The position numbers and the translations under genes are program-made. A stretch of 63,582 bases of DNA, the filler included, from Octopus bimaculoides (Eukaryota), in NCBI RefSeq assembly GCF_001194135.2. It is 6 parts of 6 records of this genome, joined end to end, with 100 filler letters (N's around TTAATTAATTAA, not from the genome) between each part and the next. Parts side by side here need not be neighbours in the genome. Positions count along the whole stretch, not along the records: positions 59,623 to 62,110 come from NC_068991.1; positions 62,211 to 63,582 come from NW_026381344.1; 4 more parts are not named here. One strand, 5' to 3'. Positions 62,050-63,582 of the stretch are shown here, one piece after another (positions within the stretch are counted from its first letter, which is position 1; every line of letters begins with the position of its first letter). The notes below the pieces were generated by a model. It had not been told where the DNA came from, did no database searches, and worked only from the letters and a program-made list of their open reading frames with translations.

Positions 62050-63582
62050 AGAGACAGAGAGAGAGTAAGAGTGAAAAAGCTGGGTGAGTAGCGAATAATG
62101 AGAGTGGATANNNNNNNNNNNNNNNNNNNNNNNNNNNNNNNNNNNNNNNNNNNNTTAATTAATTAANNNNNNNNNNNNNNNNNNNNNNNNNNNNNNNNNN
62201 NNNNNNNNNNTACCAAATCCACTCACAAGGCTTTGGTCGGCCCGAAGCTATAATAGAAGAAACTTGCTCGAGGTGCCACACAATAGGACAGAACCCGGAA
62301 CCATGTCGTTGGAAAGCAAGCTACTTACCACACAGCCACGACGAATATATATCTAACACTGTATTATTTTAATTACAAATTACTACGAACATTCGATCAT
62401 AATTCTTTGTGTGTGTGAGCGTGTGTGTGTGTGTGTGTGTGTNNNNNNNNNNNNNNNNNNNNNNNNNNNNNNNNNNNNNNNNNNNNNNNNNNNNNNNNNN
62501 NNNNNNNNNNNNNNNNNNNNNNNNNNNNNNNNNNNNNNNNNNNNNNNNNNNNNNNNNNNNNNNNNNNNNNNNNNNNNNNNNNNNNNNNNNNNNNNNNNNN
62601 NNNNNNNNNNNNNNNNNNNNNNNNNNNNNNNNNNNNNNNAGTCACCTGGCAAAGACTTCATCGCTGACGACAACACACACACACACACAGGTATCACACA
62701 CTACCTGCGTAGTTACTAACTTAGGTAGGCTGTGTGATAAGATACACAGGCAGGTACTCGCAGGTAGACAGACAGGTATATAGATAACGGGAGAGGTTTG
62801 TTGTTCTACTTCTGCCCAGTCAGGTCTCGGGGTACAAGATGTAGGTAGGTTTGTAGGTAGGTAGGTAGGTAGGTAGACAGGTAGGGCAGATAAGGGACGT
62901 TTACATAATGTAAACACCACGAAAACATAACGGCAATAACAAAAGAGGAACAATGAATAAACAAGTAAATAAATAAGTGAATGGAAAAATAGGGTCTTCA
63001 CCACCACCACCACCACCACCACCGACATCATCATTACCACCATTACTATCACAACCACCCCCCACCTCCACCCCCACAATATGAAAACAAGCCAGACGTC
63101 TGTTGATAGAGATATTCTTCCTTGACTTTCTTCAAGTATTTTCATAATGATTAGTAGAATGGTAAGTACCATATTTGTTTTGCAGTGGCACCGTTGTTGT
63201 TGTTGTATCAACAGTGACATCTAACCACACCGCGCCTGTCCTCCCCCAACTTTAAACTAATAATTCTAACTTCCTCTCGCTCTCTCTCTCTCTCTCTCNN
63301 NNNNNNNNNNNNNNNNNNNNNNNNNNNNNNNNNNNNNNNNNNNNNNNNNNNNNNNNNNNNNNNNNNNNNNNNNNNNNNNNNNNNNNNNNNNNNNNNNNNN
63401 NNNNNNNNNNNNNNNNNNNNNNNNNNNNNNNNNNNNNNNNNNNNNNNNNNNNNNNNGGATGGACGGATGGATAGATAGATCAACAGATAGGTGCCCAGAA
63501 ATAAAGACAGACACACAGGCAATCTTACAGACAAAGGCACTGACAGACAGAGGGATTGACAGGCACACACACACACACACAC

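Overview
AT-rich, microsatellite-saturated, gap-riddled eukaryotic draft scaffold. The SINE families, (TA)/(CA)/(GATA) density and N-TTAATTAATTAA-N joiners look like an octopus (cephalopod) assembly; this is inference from pattern recognition, with no database check. Nearly all ORFs in the supplied track are microsatellite or N-gap artefacts. Most identifiable content is transposon debris: three or four tRNA-derived/RTE-type SINE families (about 40 copies), two mariner remnants, a maT/DD37D remnant, a hAT-like remnant, a piggyBac MITE, Penelope-like pieces (GIY-YIG domain, hammerhead-like motifs), and CRE-, R4/Dong- and RTE-type LINE 3' ends. The best-supported host gene, absent from the ORF track, is on the + strand at about 48.7-57.1 kb: TATA box, non-coding exon, then phase-consistent exons encoding a signal peptide and a Cys-containing mature region (MFLQLLLFALVAAASG/EQRLSESCLLVSHARHFNGACSQLAGTFRRRVSW[VCQKSKE]). 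It may be a divergent molluscan insulin-like or other neuropeptide precursor. Other points of interest: a tRNA-Thr-like sequence locked in an extended hairpin between 15-bp direct repeats (58.2-58.4 kb), a CpG-depleted domain of about 15 kb (27.4-42.4 kb) suggesting a methylated gene body whose exons I could not securely resolve, three diverged paralogous segments sharing an invariant 17-mer behind a splice acceptor (8-13 kb), and two fold-back palindromes. No CRISPR, rRNA or prokaryotic system is present. TE family names and protein similarities are recalled from memory, not searched; repeat boundaries are approximate.
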